DNA from: Vicinamibacterales bacterium
Lineage (GTDB): Bacteria; Acidobacteriota; Vicinamibacteria; Vicinamibacterales; UBA8438
Direction of reading: 5' to 3'
Length of the DNA stretch: 64,000 bases
Assembly (NCBI GenBank): GCA_965116765.1
Contig: OZ220718.1
Location: 1,909,384-1,973,383 of the forward strand
Part shown: positions 16,446 through 26,484 of the stretch, piece by piece
Numbering within the stretch: position 1 is the first letter of the stretch
Layout of the letters: each line of letters opens with the position of its first letter
The notes under the pieces: model-generated
What the model was told of the DNA's origin: nothing
The model's database searches: none
The model's input: the letters and a program-made list of their open reading frames with translations, nothing else
Program-made: the position numbers and the translations under genes

Positions 16446-18443
16446 CTACCGCTCGGGCAGCGCGAACACCACCAGCCGCTCGTTCCCCCGCGGCTCGCCG
16501 CTCGCCGGGGCCGAGACGTTGGCCGCGACGTACTGCCGGCCGTCGCTGCCGGCGTAGGTGATGGGGATGGCCTCGACGTTGTAGTCGAACTCGGCCGCCC
16601 ACAGCTCCTCGCCGGTGCGCGAGTCGAACGCCCGGAAGCGGCGGTCGAGGGTGGCGCCGATGAACACGAGGCCGCCGGCGGTGACGATGGGGCCGCCGAC
16701 GTTGCGGCTGCCGACGCGCTGCCTGCCCTCGGGCAGGAGCTCGTCGATGCCCAGGGGCACCTCCCACGCGATGGCGCCGGTGGCCGCCTCGACCGCGACG
16801 AGGCGCGCCCACGGCGGCTTGAAGCAGGGCAGGGCCCCGAGGCGCTCGCCGTCGGCGTCGAAGATCGGGGCCTCGAACGGCGGGCCCGCCTCGCGGACGA
16901 AGGCGACCTGGTCGTCGACGTCGGGGCCGTACAGCTCGTTCTCGGTCATCCAGCCGCTGATGGGCTGGTCCTTCGAGTTGACGAAGATGTAGCCGAGCTC
17001 GGGGTCGTAGGCGGTGCCGTTCCAGTTCACGCCGCCGCCGGTGCCGGGGAACACGAGCGACGGCGGGGTGCCTTCCTGCCGGTAGCGGATGGGCGTGTAG
17101 GGGCCGTCGTTGTAGTAGCCCACGGTGTCCCACAGCTCGCGGCACGCGGCCGCGTGCTCGGGGGTGGTGTCGCCGGCGGTGACGATGTCGTCGGGGCCGA
17201 TGCTGACCCGCGACACCGGGGGCGGCGCGAGGGGGAACGGCTGGGTCGGCGAGTACTGCTCGCCGGGCACGTCGCCCACCGGCACCGGCCGCTCCTCGAC
17301 CCCGTGGACGGGCTCGCCGGTCACGCGGTTCAGGATGAACATCCACCCCGACTTGCCGACCTGGGCGAGGGCGGGGATGACCTCGCCGTCGCGCTCGATG
17401 TCCATCAGGCCGGGCGACGGCGGCAGGTTGTAGTCCCACAGCTCGCGGTGGATGTTCTGGAAGTACCACGCGAGATCGCCGGTCGCGATGTCGATGGCGA
17501 TGGTCGAGTTGGCGAAGAGGTTGTCGCCGGGTCGGTCGCCGCCGTAGAAGTTCGACCCCGGGCTGCTCACCGGCATGTAGACGAGGCCCCGCTCCTCGTC
17601 GACGGTGAGGGTGAACGCCCACACGTTGTTCCCGATGCGGTCGCGCCAGCTCTGGTTGCCCCAGGTCTCGCTGCCGAAGTCGCTCTCGGTGGGCAGGGTC
17701 GGGAACTCCCAGCGCAGGGCGCCGGTCGTCGCGTCGAGGGCCCGCGGCCAGGCCCGGGCCGGCTCCCCCCCGCCCCGCGGCTGGTTCAGGTGGGGCGCGA
17801 TGTGGCGCTGCCCGGGACCGAAGGCGCTCGAGCCCAGGATCAGGGTGTCGTCGTAGACCACCGGCACCCCGGTGTAGGGAATGCGCACCGCCGCCTCTCC
17901 CCCGTCGCCGAACGCGGTGTCGAGCTCGCCCGTCGCCGCCTTCAGGGCCACGACCTTCGACAGGCTCGTGAAGTAGATGCGGGCCTCGTGGTCGTCGGTG
18001 GCCGGCCCGTAGGCGACGCCGCGGAACGACGCCAGCCCCTCGGCCAGCTCGTACCGCCAGATCTCCTCGCCGGTCTCGGGCCGCAGGGCCACCACCCGGT
18101 TGCCCGACGCGAGGTACATCACGCCGTCCACGACGATGGGCGTCACCTGCTGGAAGAGCTCGGCCGGACTGGGCCCCTCGATGAACCCGTCCTCGGGATG
18201 GAACCGGTACGACCAGACCTCCTCGAGCGAGGCGACGTTCGTCGCGTCGATCTGGTCGAGGGGCGAGTAGCGGGTGCCGGCGAGGTCCCGGTTGTAGGTC
18301 GGCCAGTCGGCGGCGGCGCTCCGCTCCGCCTCCTGGGCCAGGACCGGCGCAGACGCCGCGGCCGTCGCGGCCAGCAACCCCACCACCCTGACCAGACGAC
18401 ACGTTCGCCCGCGCGAGCTACCTGTCCCGGCGTTGTACAGCAT
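16446..18443 (-). CDS. Exported PQQ-dependent dehydrogenase (quinoprotein), different subgroup from the other two
   Basis: ATG 18443 follows GGAGAGGAG. Signal peptide ...LLAATAAASAPVLAQ. ADWPTYNRDLAGTRYSPLDQI hallmark, followed by propeller blades (EIWRY, LRWEF, LAWYFQ, ELWAAEF). Confidence 0.85.
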   Translation of the reverse strand: MLYNAGTGSSRGRTCRLVRVVGLLAATAAASAPVLAQEAERSAAADWPTYNRDLAGTRYSPLDQIDATNVASLEEVWSYRFHPEDGFIEGPSPAELFQQVTPIVVDGVMYLASGNRVVALRPETGEEIWRYELAEGLASFRGVAYGPATDDHEARIYFTSLSKVVALKAATGELDTAFGDGGEAAVRIPYTGVPVVYDDTLILGSSAFGPGQRHIAPHLNQPRGGGEPARAWPRALDATTGALRWEFPTLPTESDFGSETWGNQSWRDRIGNNVWAFTLTVDEERGLVYMPVSSPGSNFYGGDRPGDNLFANSTIAIDIATGDLAWYFQNIHRELWDYNLPPSPGLMDIERDGEVIPALAQVGKSGWMFILNRVTGEPVHGVEERPVPVGDVPGEQYSPTQPFPLAPPPVSRVSIGPDDIVTAGDTTPEHAAACRELWDTVGYYNDGPYTPIRYRQEGTPPSLVFPGTGGGVNWNGTAYDPELGYIFVNSKDQPISGWMTENELYGPDVDDQVAFVREAGPPFEAPIFDADGERLGALPCFKPPWARLVAVEAATGAIAWEVPLGIDELLPEGRQRVGSRNVGGPIVTAGGLVFIGATLDRRFRAFDSRTGEELWAAEFDYNVEAIPITYAGSDGRQYVAANVSAPASGEPRGNERLVVFALPER

Positions 18444-18589
18444 GGCTGACTCCTCTCCTGGAGAGCGCCATTCTACTTCGCCGTTGCCTTGGAGAGTGTC
18501 CCGAACAGGCCCGGCGCGCCTGCCCCGAACCGTTCGCCGGTGAGGGAACCGCCGTTCGAAGCCGAACGCAGCCGGATGAGGGCCCGCCG

Positions 18590-18982
18590 TCAGGTGATCC
18601 GCTGCCGGCCGAACTCCACCTGGAGGCGCTGGATGCGCTCTTCCGTGGCGCGGCGAATCTCGTCCACCACGGACAGCGCGTGCCGGCCGGCGTCTCCCGC
18701 GAGCTGCGCCTCGGTCGAAGCGTCGATCTCGGCCCGCAACTCCGCAAGCCGGTCGAGGGTGTCCCGCGCCTCGTCCAGGCGCTGCCGCCACACCTCATGG
18801 CGGGACCGCGTGTCCGGCCGGCCGCTCAGCTCGTCCAGGATTGCGATCTCGTCGCGGGCAATCGCCTCGAGATCGGCAATGGTCTCCAGCAGCGTGCTCC
18901 GCACGTCGCCGGCCTCGCGCCCGCACCCGAGCGCGGCCAGCATCGCCAGGACGGCGAGGCCGGCCGCAACGCGCCCGAGCAT
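18590..18982 (-). CDS. Small helical lipoprotein, hypothetical
   Basis: 130-aa ORF with lipobox LAALGC and charged helical composition. It starts 4 nt after the DUF1552 stop, so it is probably the third gene of that operon. Confidence 0.6.
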   Translation of the reverse strand: MLGRVAAGLAVLAMLAALGCGREAGDVRSTLLETIADLEAIARDEIAILDELSGRPDTRSRHEVWRQRLDEARDTLDRLAELRAEIDASTEAQLAGDAGRHALSVVDEIRRATEERIQRLQVEFGRQRIT

Positions 18983-18986
18983 GCCC

Positions 18987-20321
18987 CTACACGCCCGACA
19001 GCGGCTCGAGCGGCAGCCGCCCGTTGCTGTGCCCGAGCTGCTCGATGGGCACCCCCATCTTGTCGAGCAGGCTCAGGTGCAGGTTGGCCAGCGGCGTGTC
19101 CTCGTGGTACTTCACGTGGCGCCCGCCGGTGCCCGCCCCGCCGCCGGCGAGGAGAATCGGCAGGTTGTACGAGGCGTGGGAGTTGCTGTCGGCCATGCCC
19201 GCGCCGTAGACGATCATCGAGCGGTCGAGCAGGGTGCCGTCGCCGTCCTGCGTGTTCGCCAGGCGGTCGACGAAGGCCGAGAAGAGCTGCACGTGATACT
19301 GGTTGATCTTCGTCAGCTTGGCCAGCTTCTCGGGGTCGCGCTGGTGGTGCGAGATCGGGTGGTGGGCGTCGGGCACCCCGATCTCGGCGTAGGTCCGGCC
19401 GGTGATCTCCCGCCCCATCATGAACGTCACGACCCGCGTGAGGTCGGTCTCCCAGGCCAGGGCCATCAGGTCGAACATCAGCTTCGCGTGGTCGCCGACG
19501 GTGTCGGGAATGCCGGCGGGCTGGGCCACCACCGGCAGCTCGCGGTCGCTCTGGGCCTCGGCCATCCGGATGCGGCGCTCGATGTCGCGCACCGCGTCGA
19601 GGTACTGGTCGAGCTTGGCCTGGTCGCCGGCCCCGAGCTGGCGCGAGAGGTCGGCGGCGCGGTCGGTGACCGAGTCGAGCAGGCTCGCGTCCTTCTCGAG
19701 CCGCGCCCGGCGCACCGCGGGGTCGGTGCTGCCGGTATCGCCGAACAGGCGCTCGAACACCGCCCTCGGGTTGTTCTCCATCGGCAGCGGGGTCACGTCG
19801 TTGGCCCACGCGATGGTGTTGGTGTAGGCGCAGCTGAAGCCGTCGTCGCACGACCCCGCGAAGTCGCGCCCGTCGAGGGCGAGCTCGAGGGTCGCGAGCT
19901 GCGTCTCGCGGCCGTGCACCCGGCCCGCGAGCTGGTCCATCGAGACCCCGCCGCGCAGGTCCGAGCCGTCGTCGGGCTTCGACGGCACGCCGGTGAGGAA
20001 CCGGGTCGACGAGCGGGCGTGCGGCCCCTCGCTCTCGACGCCGTGCATGCCCGAGAGCACCTGCACGTGCGAGCGGTACGGCTCGAGCGGCTTCAGGATG
20101 GTCGGGAACTCGAAGCCGGCGCCCTCGGTGGGCGGCGTCCAGTGCGGCATCATCATCCCGTTGGGGACGTACACCACGCCGAGCCGGCGCACCGGGGCCG
20201 CCGCCGTCGTGCGCAGGGCCGCGAACGCCGGCACCATCCCGTCGAGCAGCGGCAATGCGAGCGAGGCCCCGAGCCCTCGGAGCACGGTACGACGGGGAAG
20301 CGCCTTCTGGGTGACGATCAT
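18987..20321 (-). CDS. DUF1552-family protein (TAT signal)
   Basis: MIVTQKALPRRTVLRGLGASLALPLL twin-arginine leader. LGVVYVPNGMMMPHWTP...VLSGMHG...RFLTG is typical of DUF1552. Its ATG overlaps the stop of the upstream gene (ATGA at 20318-20321). Confidence 0.8.
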   Translation of the reverse strand: MIVTQKALPRRTVLRGLGASLALPLLDGMVPAFAALRTTAAAPVRRLGVVYVPNGMMMPHWTPPTEGAGFEFPTILKPLEPYRSHVQVLSGMHGVESEGPHARSSTRFLTGVPSKPDDGSDLRGGVSMDQLAGRVHGRETQLATLELALDGRDFAGSCDDGFSCAYTNTIAWANDVTPLPMENNPRAVFERLFGDTGSTDPAVRRARLEKDASLLDSVTDRAADLSRQLGAGDQAKLDQYLDAVRDIERRIRMAEAQSDRELPVVAQPAGIPDTVGDHAKLMFDLMALAWETDLTRVVTFMMGREITGRTYAEIGVPDAHHPISHHQRDPEKLAKLTKINQYHVQLFSAFVDRLANTQDGDGTLLDRSMIVYGAGMADSNSHASYNLPILLAGGGAGTGGRHVKYHEDTPLANLHLSLLDKMGVPIEQLGHSNGRLPLEPLSGV

Positions 20322-22780
20322 GATTCGGTCCTCCGCATCCGGAACGGTGTGCTCTTCACGATGCCGACAATGATAGACGACCAGCGGTAGTTGTCCGTCG
20401 CCGCCTCGCGGGTGATGGCCCGCACGGTGGGACGGTCGTAGTACTCCGGCCCCCGCCCCAGGCCATAGGCCAGCAGCTTCTCGGTGAGGGTGGACGCGAA
20501 CTGGTGGCGCCGCTCCATCAGCAGCGACCGCAGGCCCGTCGGCCCGTCGAACGCGCTGCCGTCGGGCAGCCGCCCCGACGAGTCGATGGGCAGCCCGGCG
20601 GTGCCGGTGGTGCGCCAGCGCCCCACCGCGTCGTAGTTCTCGAGGGCCAGCCCCAGCGGGTCCATCGGGGCGTGGCACACCGAGCAGGCGGGGCTCTCGC
20701 GGTGGCGGGCGAGCCGGTCGCGCACGGTGGCGGCCCGGCCGTCCTCGCCCCGCTCCGGCAGATCGGGCACGTCGGCCGGCGGCGGGGGCGGCGGCGTGCC
20801 GAGGATGTTGATCAGCATCCACTTGCCGCGCAGCACCGGCGACGTCCGGTTCGGGTACGACGTCACCGTCAGCACGCTGCCGTGCCCGAAGATGCCGCCC
20901 CGGCGCTCGGCCAGCTCGTCGTCGAGGCGCACGCGTCGGAAGTGGCTGCCGTAGACGTTGGGGATGCCGTAGTGGTCGGCGAGCCGCTCGTTGACGAACG
21001 TGTAGTCGGCCCCGAGCAGGTCGAGCACGCTGCGGTCCTCGCGCAGCAGGCTGTCGACGAACAGCTCCGTCTCCTGCCGGAACGCCTCGCGCAGGTTCTC
21101 GTCGAACTCGGGGAACGTGATGGCGTCGGGCACCACGCTGCGCAGGTTCCGCAGGTACAGCCACTGGCCCGCGAAGTTGCGCACCAGCTCGCTCGCCCGC
21201 GGGTCGGCGAGCATGCGCCGCGCCTGCTGCTCGAGCACGTCGGGGTCGGCGAGCCGGCCCGCCTCGGCGAGGGCGAGCAGCTCGTCGTCGGGGCCGGTCG
21301 ACCACAGGAAGAACGAGAGCCGCGACGCGAGGTCGAGGTCGCTCAGGGCGTAGGCGGTCCCCGGCCCCGCGTCGACGGGGTCGCGCACCACCCGGAACAG
21401 GAAGTCCGGCGCGATGAGCACGCGCTCGAGGGCGAGCTGGATGCCGGCGTCGAAGCTGCCGCCGTCGCGGCCCGCCCGGTAGAACTGCATCAGCGTGTCG
21501 AGGTCGCCGGCGTCGAGGGGCCGGCGGTAGGCGCGCCGGGCCAGCGAGCCGAGGATCTCGCGCGCGCACCGCTCCTCGTCGCCCGCCGCCTCGCTCTCGG
21601 GCCGGCACGTGAAGATGGCGCGGCGGCTCGGGGTATCCCCCGGCTCGCCCGCCGACGAGTAGGGGCCTCCGATGACGACGTGCTCGACCGCCGCGTTGCC
21701 GTCGCGCATCTCGTTCACGGCCACCGCGAACACGCTCTGGCGGGGCTGCAGCACCCCTTCCGGCTCGGTGAACCGCCGCACGAACGAGACCCCGACGACG
21801 CGCGGGCCGGCCTCGGCCTCGAAGCGCACCCGCATGTTGGCGTCGGCGAAGAGCATGTACTCTTCCCACTCGGGGTCGCCGAACAGGTTGCCGCCGTAGC
21901 TGGCCGGGGCCTGAACCCCCTCGGGCTCCTCGCCGCCGAAGACGAAGGTGCGGACGAGGACCCCGTCGAGCCGCACCTCGAGCTCGTGGCGCGAGCCCAT
22001 GCCCCGCACGTAGTTCACGTAGTTGCGGTGCAGGCGGATCTGGAGGTCGTACTCGCCGTCGACGGGGAAGACGTGGCGGATGGCGATGCCCCCGCGCGAG
22101 CCGAACGGCAGGTCGTCGCTCATGCGGTCGTCCTGCAGCAGCAGGATGGGGACCTTGTAGGTCTCCGCGGCGGGACCCGCCGGGGCCTCGCCGAGGGCGG
22201 TCCGCCCGATCTTGCGCGCGGCCGACAGGTACCGCTCCATCAGGGCCGACGAGACGGTCAGCACGTCGGCGTTGTTGTCGAAGCCGTACTCGTCGAAGTC
22301 GTCGGCGGGCAGCAGGTCGTCGACGTCCACGTCCACCGCCAGCAGGTCGCGCACCGCGTTGGCGTACTCGGCGCGGTTCAGGCGGTGAACGGCCTGGGTG
22401 CGTCCGGGGTCCGGAGCGGCCAGGGCGACGCGGTCGATCTCGGACTCGAGCCATCCCGCCACCCGGTCGTAGGTCTCGGCGTCGGGCCGGGGACGGCCCA
22501 CCGGGGGCATGGCGCGGGTGCGCAGCTTCGCCACCACCTTCTCCCAGAGCTCGGCGTGGCCGGCGACGTCGGAGAGGTCCTGGCCGGCGAGGCTCAGGCC
22601 GGCGGTGCGGAGCCGGTCGTTGTGGCAGGTCAGGCAGTAGCGGTCGACGGTGGCCGCGAGCAGGTCGGCGCCGGCGGCGGGCTGGGCGAGCGCGCCGGTG
22701 GCGACGAGCATCGGCGCGAGAAGCGCGGCCGCGACCACGGCGGCCCGGAAACGGAAACCTGGCGAGACAGCCAGCATCAT
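20318..22780 (-). CDS. DUF1592/DUF1595/DUF1587/DUF1588/DUF1585-type protein with an N-terminal CXXCH motif
   Basis: ATGATG at 22775-22780 follows GGAGGG. Signal peptide MMLAVSPGFRFRAAVVAAALLAPMLVATGALAQ. DRYCLTCHNDRLRTAGLSL haem motif. Canonical partner of DUF1552. Confidence 0.8.
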   Translation of the reverse strand: MMLAVSPGFRFRAAVVAAALLAPMLVATGALAQPAAGADLLAATVDRYCLTCHNDRLRTAGLSLAGQDLSDVAGHAELWEKVVAKLRTRAMPPVGRPRPDAETYDRVAGWLESEIDRVALAAPDPGRTQAVHRLNRAEYANAVRDLLAVDVDVDDLLPADDFDEYGFDNNADVLTVSSALMERYLSAARKIGRTALGEAPAGPAAETYKVPILLLQDDRMSDDLPFGSRGGIAIRHVFPVDGEYDLQIRLHRNYVNYVRGMGSRHELEVRLDGVLVRTFVFGGEEPEGVQAPASYGGNLFGDPEWEEYMLFADANMRVRFEAEAGPRVVGVSFVRRFTEPEGVLQPRQSVFAVAVNEMRDGNAAVEHVVIGGPYSSAGEPGDTPSRRAIFTCRPESEAAGDEERCAREILGSLARRAYRRPLDAGDLDTLMQFYRAGRDGGSFDAGIQLALERVLIAPDFLFRVVRDPVDAGPGTAYALSDLDLASRLSFFLWSTGPDDELLALAEAGRLADPDVLEQQARRMLADPRASELVRNFAGQWLYLRNLRSVVPDAITFPEFDENLREAFRQETELFVDSLLREDRSVLDLLGADYTFVNERLADHYGIPNVYGSHFRRVRLDDELAERRGGIFGHGSVLTVTSYPNRTSPVLRGKWMLINILGTPPPPPPADVPDLPERGEDGRAATVRDRLARHRESPACSVCHAPMDPLGLALENYDAVGRWRTTGTAGLPIDSSGRLPDGSAFDGPTGLRSLLMERRHQFASTLTEKLLAYGLGRGPEYYDRPTVRAITREAATDNYRWSSIIVGIVKSTPFRMRRTES

Positions 22781-23383
22781 CAGCCCTCCAAGCCCGCCAA
22801 TCGTCGCCCCGCGGCTCCGCCGGGCGTCCAGCCAGACCCGCCCGGCGTCCGCACCGTTCCAGGGCGCAGACGCCTGGCACGCCGCCGAGAATCCGCGGCG
22901 CACCGATGCGCCGCGACACGCCGGCATGCCGGCACCTCGCCCGACGGGCGTCGAACGCGCGTGCCGCCAGTCAGGAAGAAAGTCCCCTGCGCTCCGGTCG
23001 ATATGACTGTGAGACGGCGATCAGCCGACGATCGACTCGTTGATAGTCTGGCCGAACCCCCGCACGGTGTCAATCGAGCGCGATCCGGAGGCGGCTTCGC
23101 GGCTATCATTCCCGGAGACGCACCGGGCATTCCCGGGCGGGCAGGCCGTCCGAGCCCTCGGGGCAGGCTCCGCGTTGCACGGAGGCCCGAGGCGCCTGCC
23201 CGACAAGGCCCGACGAGGGGCGTACGGCGCATGTCGGGCATCTGCACCCGGGGAGCAACCCGGTCAGGCAGGACACGTCGCCGGTCGGGAGCAGCGGGAA
23301 CCTTCACAAGGGGATCGAGGGCCGGGCGGCATAATCCGGGGTTGCCGCAAGTCTACGGTGTCGACGCCAATCGAATCCCGACC

Positions 23384-26164
23384 ATGCCGCTCACTCCCGG
23401 CGCGCGAATCGGCAGCTACGAGGTCACCGGCTCGCTCGGGGCCGGGGGCATGGGCGAGGTCCACCGCGCGCGCGACACCACCCTCGACCGCGACGTGGCG
23501 CTCAAGGTGCTGCCCGAGGCGTTCAGCACCGACCCGGACCGGCTGGCCCGCTTCGAGCGGGAGGCCCGCGTCCTCGCCTCTCTGAACCACCCGAACATCG
23601 CCCAGATCCACGGCTTCGAGGAGGCCGGGGGCACGCGCGCGCTGGTCCTGGAGCTGGTCGAAGGGCCCACCCTGGCCGATCGCCTCGAGCAGGGGCCGAT
23701 CCCGCTGGACGAGGTGGTGTCCATCGCCCGCCAGATCGCCCTGGCGCTGCAGGCCGCGCACGAAGCGGGCGTGATCCACCGGGACATGAAGCCGGCCAAC
23801 GTCAAGGTGCGCGCGGACGGGACGGTCAAGGTCCTGGACTTCGGCCTGGCCAAGGCGCTGGACACGGCGCCGGCGCCGACCCCCGACGCCGACCCCCTGC
23901 AGTCGCCGACGCTGACCGCCTCGGTGACCCGGATGGGCGGCGGCCTGATCCTGGGAACACCGGCCTACATGTCGCCGGAGCAGGCCGAGGGCCAGCCCAC
24001 CGACACGCGCGGCGACCTCTGGTCGTTCGGGGTCGTGCTCTACGAGATGCTGGCCGGCGAGCGTCTGTTCGCGGGCGAGACCGTGGCCCAGGTGCTGGCC
24101 CGCGTGATCGACCGCGATCTCGACCTGTCGGTCCTGCCGCCTTCGACGCCGCGGCCGGTTCGGCGGGTGCTGCGCCGCTGCCTCGAGCGCGACCGGCGGC
24201 GACGGATGCGCGACGCGGGCGAGGCGGTCAGCGACCTGGAAGCGGCGGCTTCCCCCGCCGAGGCGCCGCCGCAAGCCGCGGCCGGCGCCGCCGGGTCGCC
24301 GCCGCCGCACGGGTGGCGGGCACGGGCGGCCTGGGCGGTCGGCGGCCTCGCCATCGGGTGCCTCCTCGCGGCCGCGGCGCTCTGGACCGCCGCCCCCTCG
24401 CCCGAGCCGCCCGCGGTCCGGCGCCTGACGCTCGATCTGTCGTCACCGTTGGCGCGCGGCGCCGGGTTCACCCTCTCGCCCGACGGCTCGACGCTGGCCT
24501 ACGTCGGCCGCGCCGCCGAGGGACGCACGCGGCAGCTGATGGTCCGGCGCCTGGATGAGGCCGACGCCCGGCCGGCCGCCGGCACGGAGGGAGCGCTCGA
24601 CCCGTTCTTCTCGCCGGACGGGGCGTGGATCGGGTTCTTCTCGCTTCCGGGACCGCCCGGACCGTCGGAGCGCATCCAGTACCGGTGGACCCTGAAGAAG
24701 GCGCCGGTACGCGGGGGCGCGCCCGTCACGCTGGCCGAGAACGTCCCCGCACTGGGGGGAAGCTGGGGCGACGACGACCGCATCGTGATCGGCGGCATGG
24801 GCGGCCTGCTGCGCGTGGCGGCCGGCGGCGGCGCGCCGGAGGCGGTGCTGCCGGCCGGGACCGTGTCGGAGCTGACCATCTGCTCGGCGCCCCATGTGCT
24901 TCCCGGATCCGGAGCGCTGTTGTTCTCCGAGACGTCGGCCGACGCAGGCTCGCGCCTGTGGGCGTGGTCGCTGGCCGACGCGGCGTCGCGCATCCTGGCG
25001 GCCGAGGCGGCGCAGGCCACCTACGCCCCCACCGGCCACCTGCTGCTCCAGCAGGCGGCCCGTCCCACGCCGGGAAGCCCCGGCTCCGGAGCCGCGACCC
25101 TGCTGGCGGCCCCCTTCGACGCCGAGCGCCTCGAGCTGACCGGTGCGCCGGTCCCCGTGGTTCCCGAAGCCGGATCGAGCGCCTGGGCCGCCGACGGCAC
25201 GCTCCTCTACGCGCCGAGCACCGGAGGGCGCATCGAGGAGGGCGACCGTGCCCTCGTGTGGCTGGACCGGGCCGGGAACGAGGAGCCGATCCCCGCTCCG
25301 CCGCGCGTGTACGGCGCGCCGCGACTGTCGCCCGCGGGCGATCGCATCGCGCTCGACGTCGCGGCCGATGACGGCAGCTCCGACATCTTCATCCACGACC
25401 TCGCCCGGGAGGCGTCGAACCGCCTGACCTTCGAGGGCTGGAACGTCAATCCGCTCTGGTCGCGGGACGGCCGGCGTGTCCTGTTCACGTCGCTGCGCTC
25501 CGACGGATTCGGCCTGTCCCGGAAGGCGGCGGACGGCACCGGGCAGGTGGAGGACCTGGGCACGAGCAGGCCGATACGGATGGCCTCCGCCTGGGCGGGC
25601 GAGCCGGACACGCTCGTCGTCATGCGCGCCGACAGCATGGCGGACGCGGACATCCACCTGCTGCGGCTGGACGGCGACCGGGAGTCGGAGCCGCTGATCG
25701 CGACCGCGTTCACGGAGTCGCTGGCCGCGGTCTCGCCGGACGGCCGCTGGATCGCCTACCAGTCGAACGAATCGGGCCGGTCGGCCGTCTACGTCCGGCC
25801 GTTCCCGAACGTCGACGACGGCAAGTGGCAGGTGTCTCCGAGGGCCGGCTTCTCGCCGGTCTGGTCGGCCGACGGCCGGGAGCTCTTCTACCTTGCCGCC
25901 GGTCCCGACGGCAGGGCGATGATGGCGGTCGGCTACGCCGGCGACCCCACGTTCACGCCTGCCCGCCCCGAGCGGCTCTTCACGGTGCCGAACGACATCG
26001 ACTTCGGGGGCGTGTTCCGCCAATGGGACGTCGCGCCGGACGGCGAACGCTTCGTCATGCTCCGGGAAGACCCGACGGGGAACGACCGGCGCGAGGGGCC
26101 GGCGGAGCTCGTCTACGTCGCCAACTGGTTCACCGAGCTCGCCGAGCGGGTGCCGGTCCCCTGA
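23384..26164 (+). CDS. Ser/Thr protein kinase with TM segment and C-terminal TolB-like beta-propeller
   Basis: Kinase motifs GAGGMGEVHRA, VALKVL, HRDMKPANV, DFGLAK and GTPAYMSPEQ. TM segment WAVGGLAIGCLLAAAALW. WD40-like propeller repeats (FSPDGAWIGFF, SPDGRWIAYQSNESG, WSADGRELFYL). Confidence 0.9.
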   Translation: MPLTPGARIGSYEVTGSLGAGGMGEVHRARDTTLDRDVALKVLPEAFSTDPDRLARFEREARVLASLNHPNIAQIHGFEEAGGTRALVLELVEGPTLADRLEQGPIPLDEVVSIARQIALALQAAHEAGVIHRDMKPANVKVRADGTVKVLDFGLAKALDTAPAPTPDADPLQSPTLTASVTRMGGGLILGTPAYMSPEQAEGQPTDTRGDLWSFGVVLYEMLAGERLFAGETVAQVLARVIDRDLDLSVLPPSTPRPVRRVLRRCLERDRRRRMRDAGEAVSDLEAAASPAEAPPQAAAGAAGSPPPHGWRARAAWAVGGLAIGCLLAAAALWTAAPSPEPPAVRRLTLDLSSPLARGAGFTLSPDGSTLAYVGRAAEGRTRQLMVRRLDEADARPAAGTEGALDPFFSPDGAWIGFFSLPGPPGPSERIQYRWTLKKAPVRGGAPVTLAENVPALGGSWGDDDRIVIGGMGGLLRVAAGGGAPEAVLPAGTVSELTICSAPHVLPGSGALLFSETSADAGSRLWAWSLADAASRILAAEAAQATYAPTGHLLLQQAARPTPGSPGSGAATLLAAPFDAERLELTGAPVPVVPEAGSSAWAADGTLLYAPSTGGRIEEGDRALVWLDRAGNEEPIPAPPRVYGAPRLSPAGDRIALDVAADDGSSDIFIHDLAREASNRLTFEGWNVNPLWSRDGRRVLFTSLRSDGFGLSRKAADGTGQVEDLGTSRPIRMASAWAGEPDTLVVMRADSMADADIHLLRLDGDRESEPLIATAFTESLAAVSPDGRWIAYQSNESGRSAVYVRPFPNVDDGKWQVSPRAGFSPVWSADGRELFYLAAGPDGRAMMAVGYAGDPTFTPARPERLFTVPNDIDFGGVFRQWDVAPDGERFVMLREDPTGNDRREGPAELVYVANWFTELAERVPVP

Positions 26165-26484
26165 TCGCCCTTCCCACCGTCACCCGGCGTTCTCGTCGGG
26201 GCAGCCTGCCCAGGCGGTCGAGCGGGTCCCCCGACCGCTCTCCCACCCCGGTCGCGCCGTGCCGACCCGGGCGCCCCGCCGTCCCGGGAGCCCCGCCGAT
26301 CCAGGGCGCTCACCCGCCCCGGACGCAACCGTTCATCCGGGCTGGACGGCGCCGGGGTACCCGGGGGCTTCACCAGCGGGTATCTGCCGGTTCCCCTTGC
26401 GCCCGTCGCCGCGCTGTGGTACAAGCCCCTGCGAGGAAGTCTGTCTCTATACGCACGCGCCCCGGGCCGCCAAGGAGATCCTGA

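Noticed and set aside
18987-22919. 1310-aa minus-strand ORF suggesting one giant protein
   Set aside because: Only the C-terminal 444 codons (from ATG 20321) are real (DUF1552). The upstream part is an out-of-frame read over the DUF1592 gene, which has its own frame (20318-22780), motifs and an ATGA-coupled stop.
20504-26164. 1886-aa plus-strand ORF, the longest in the track
   Set aside because: Only the last 926 codons (from ATG 23384) form a coherent protein, the Ser/Thr kinase. The first ~960 codons are Arg/Gly/Ala/Pro/Val-rich and lie antisense to the well-supported DUF1592 gene and across the intergenic spacer. This is a typical high-GC shadow ORF.
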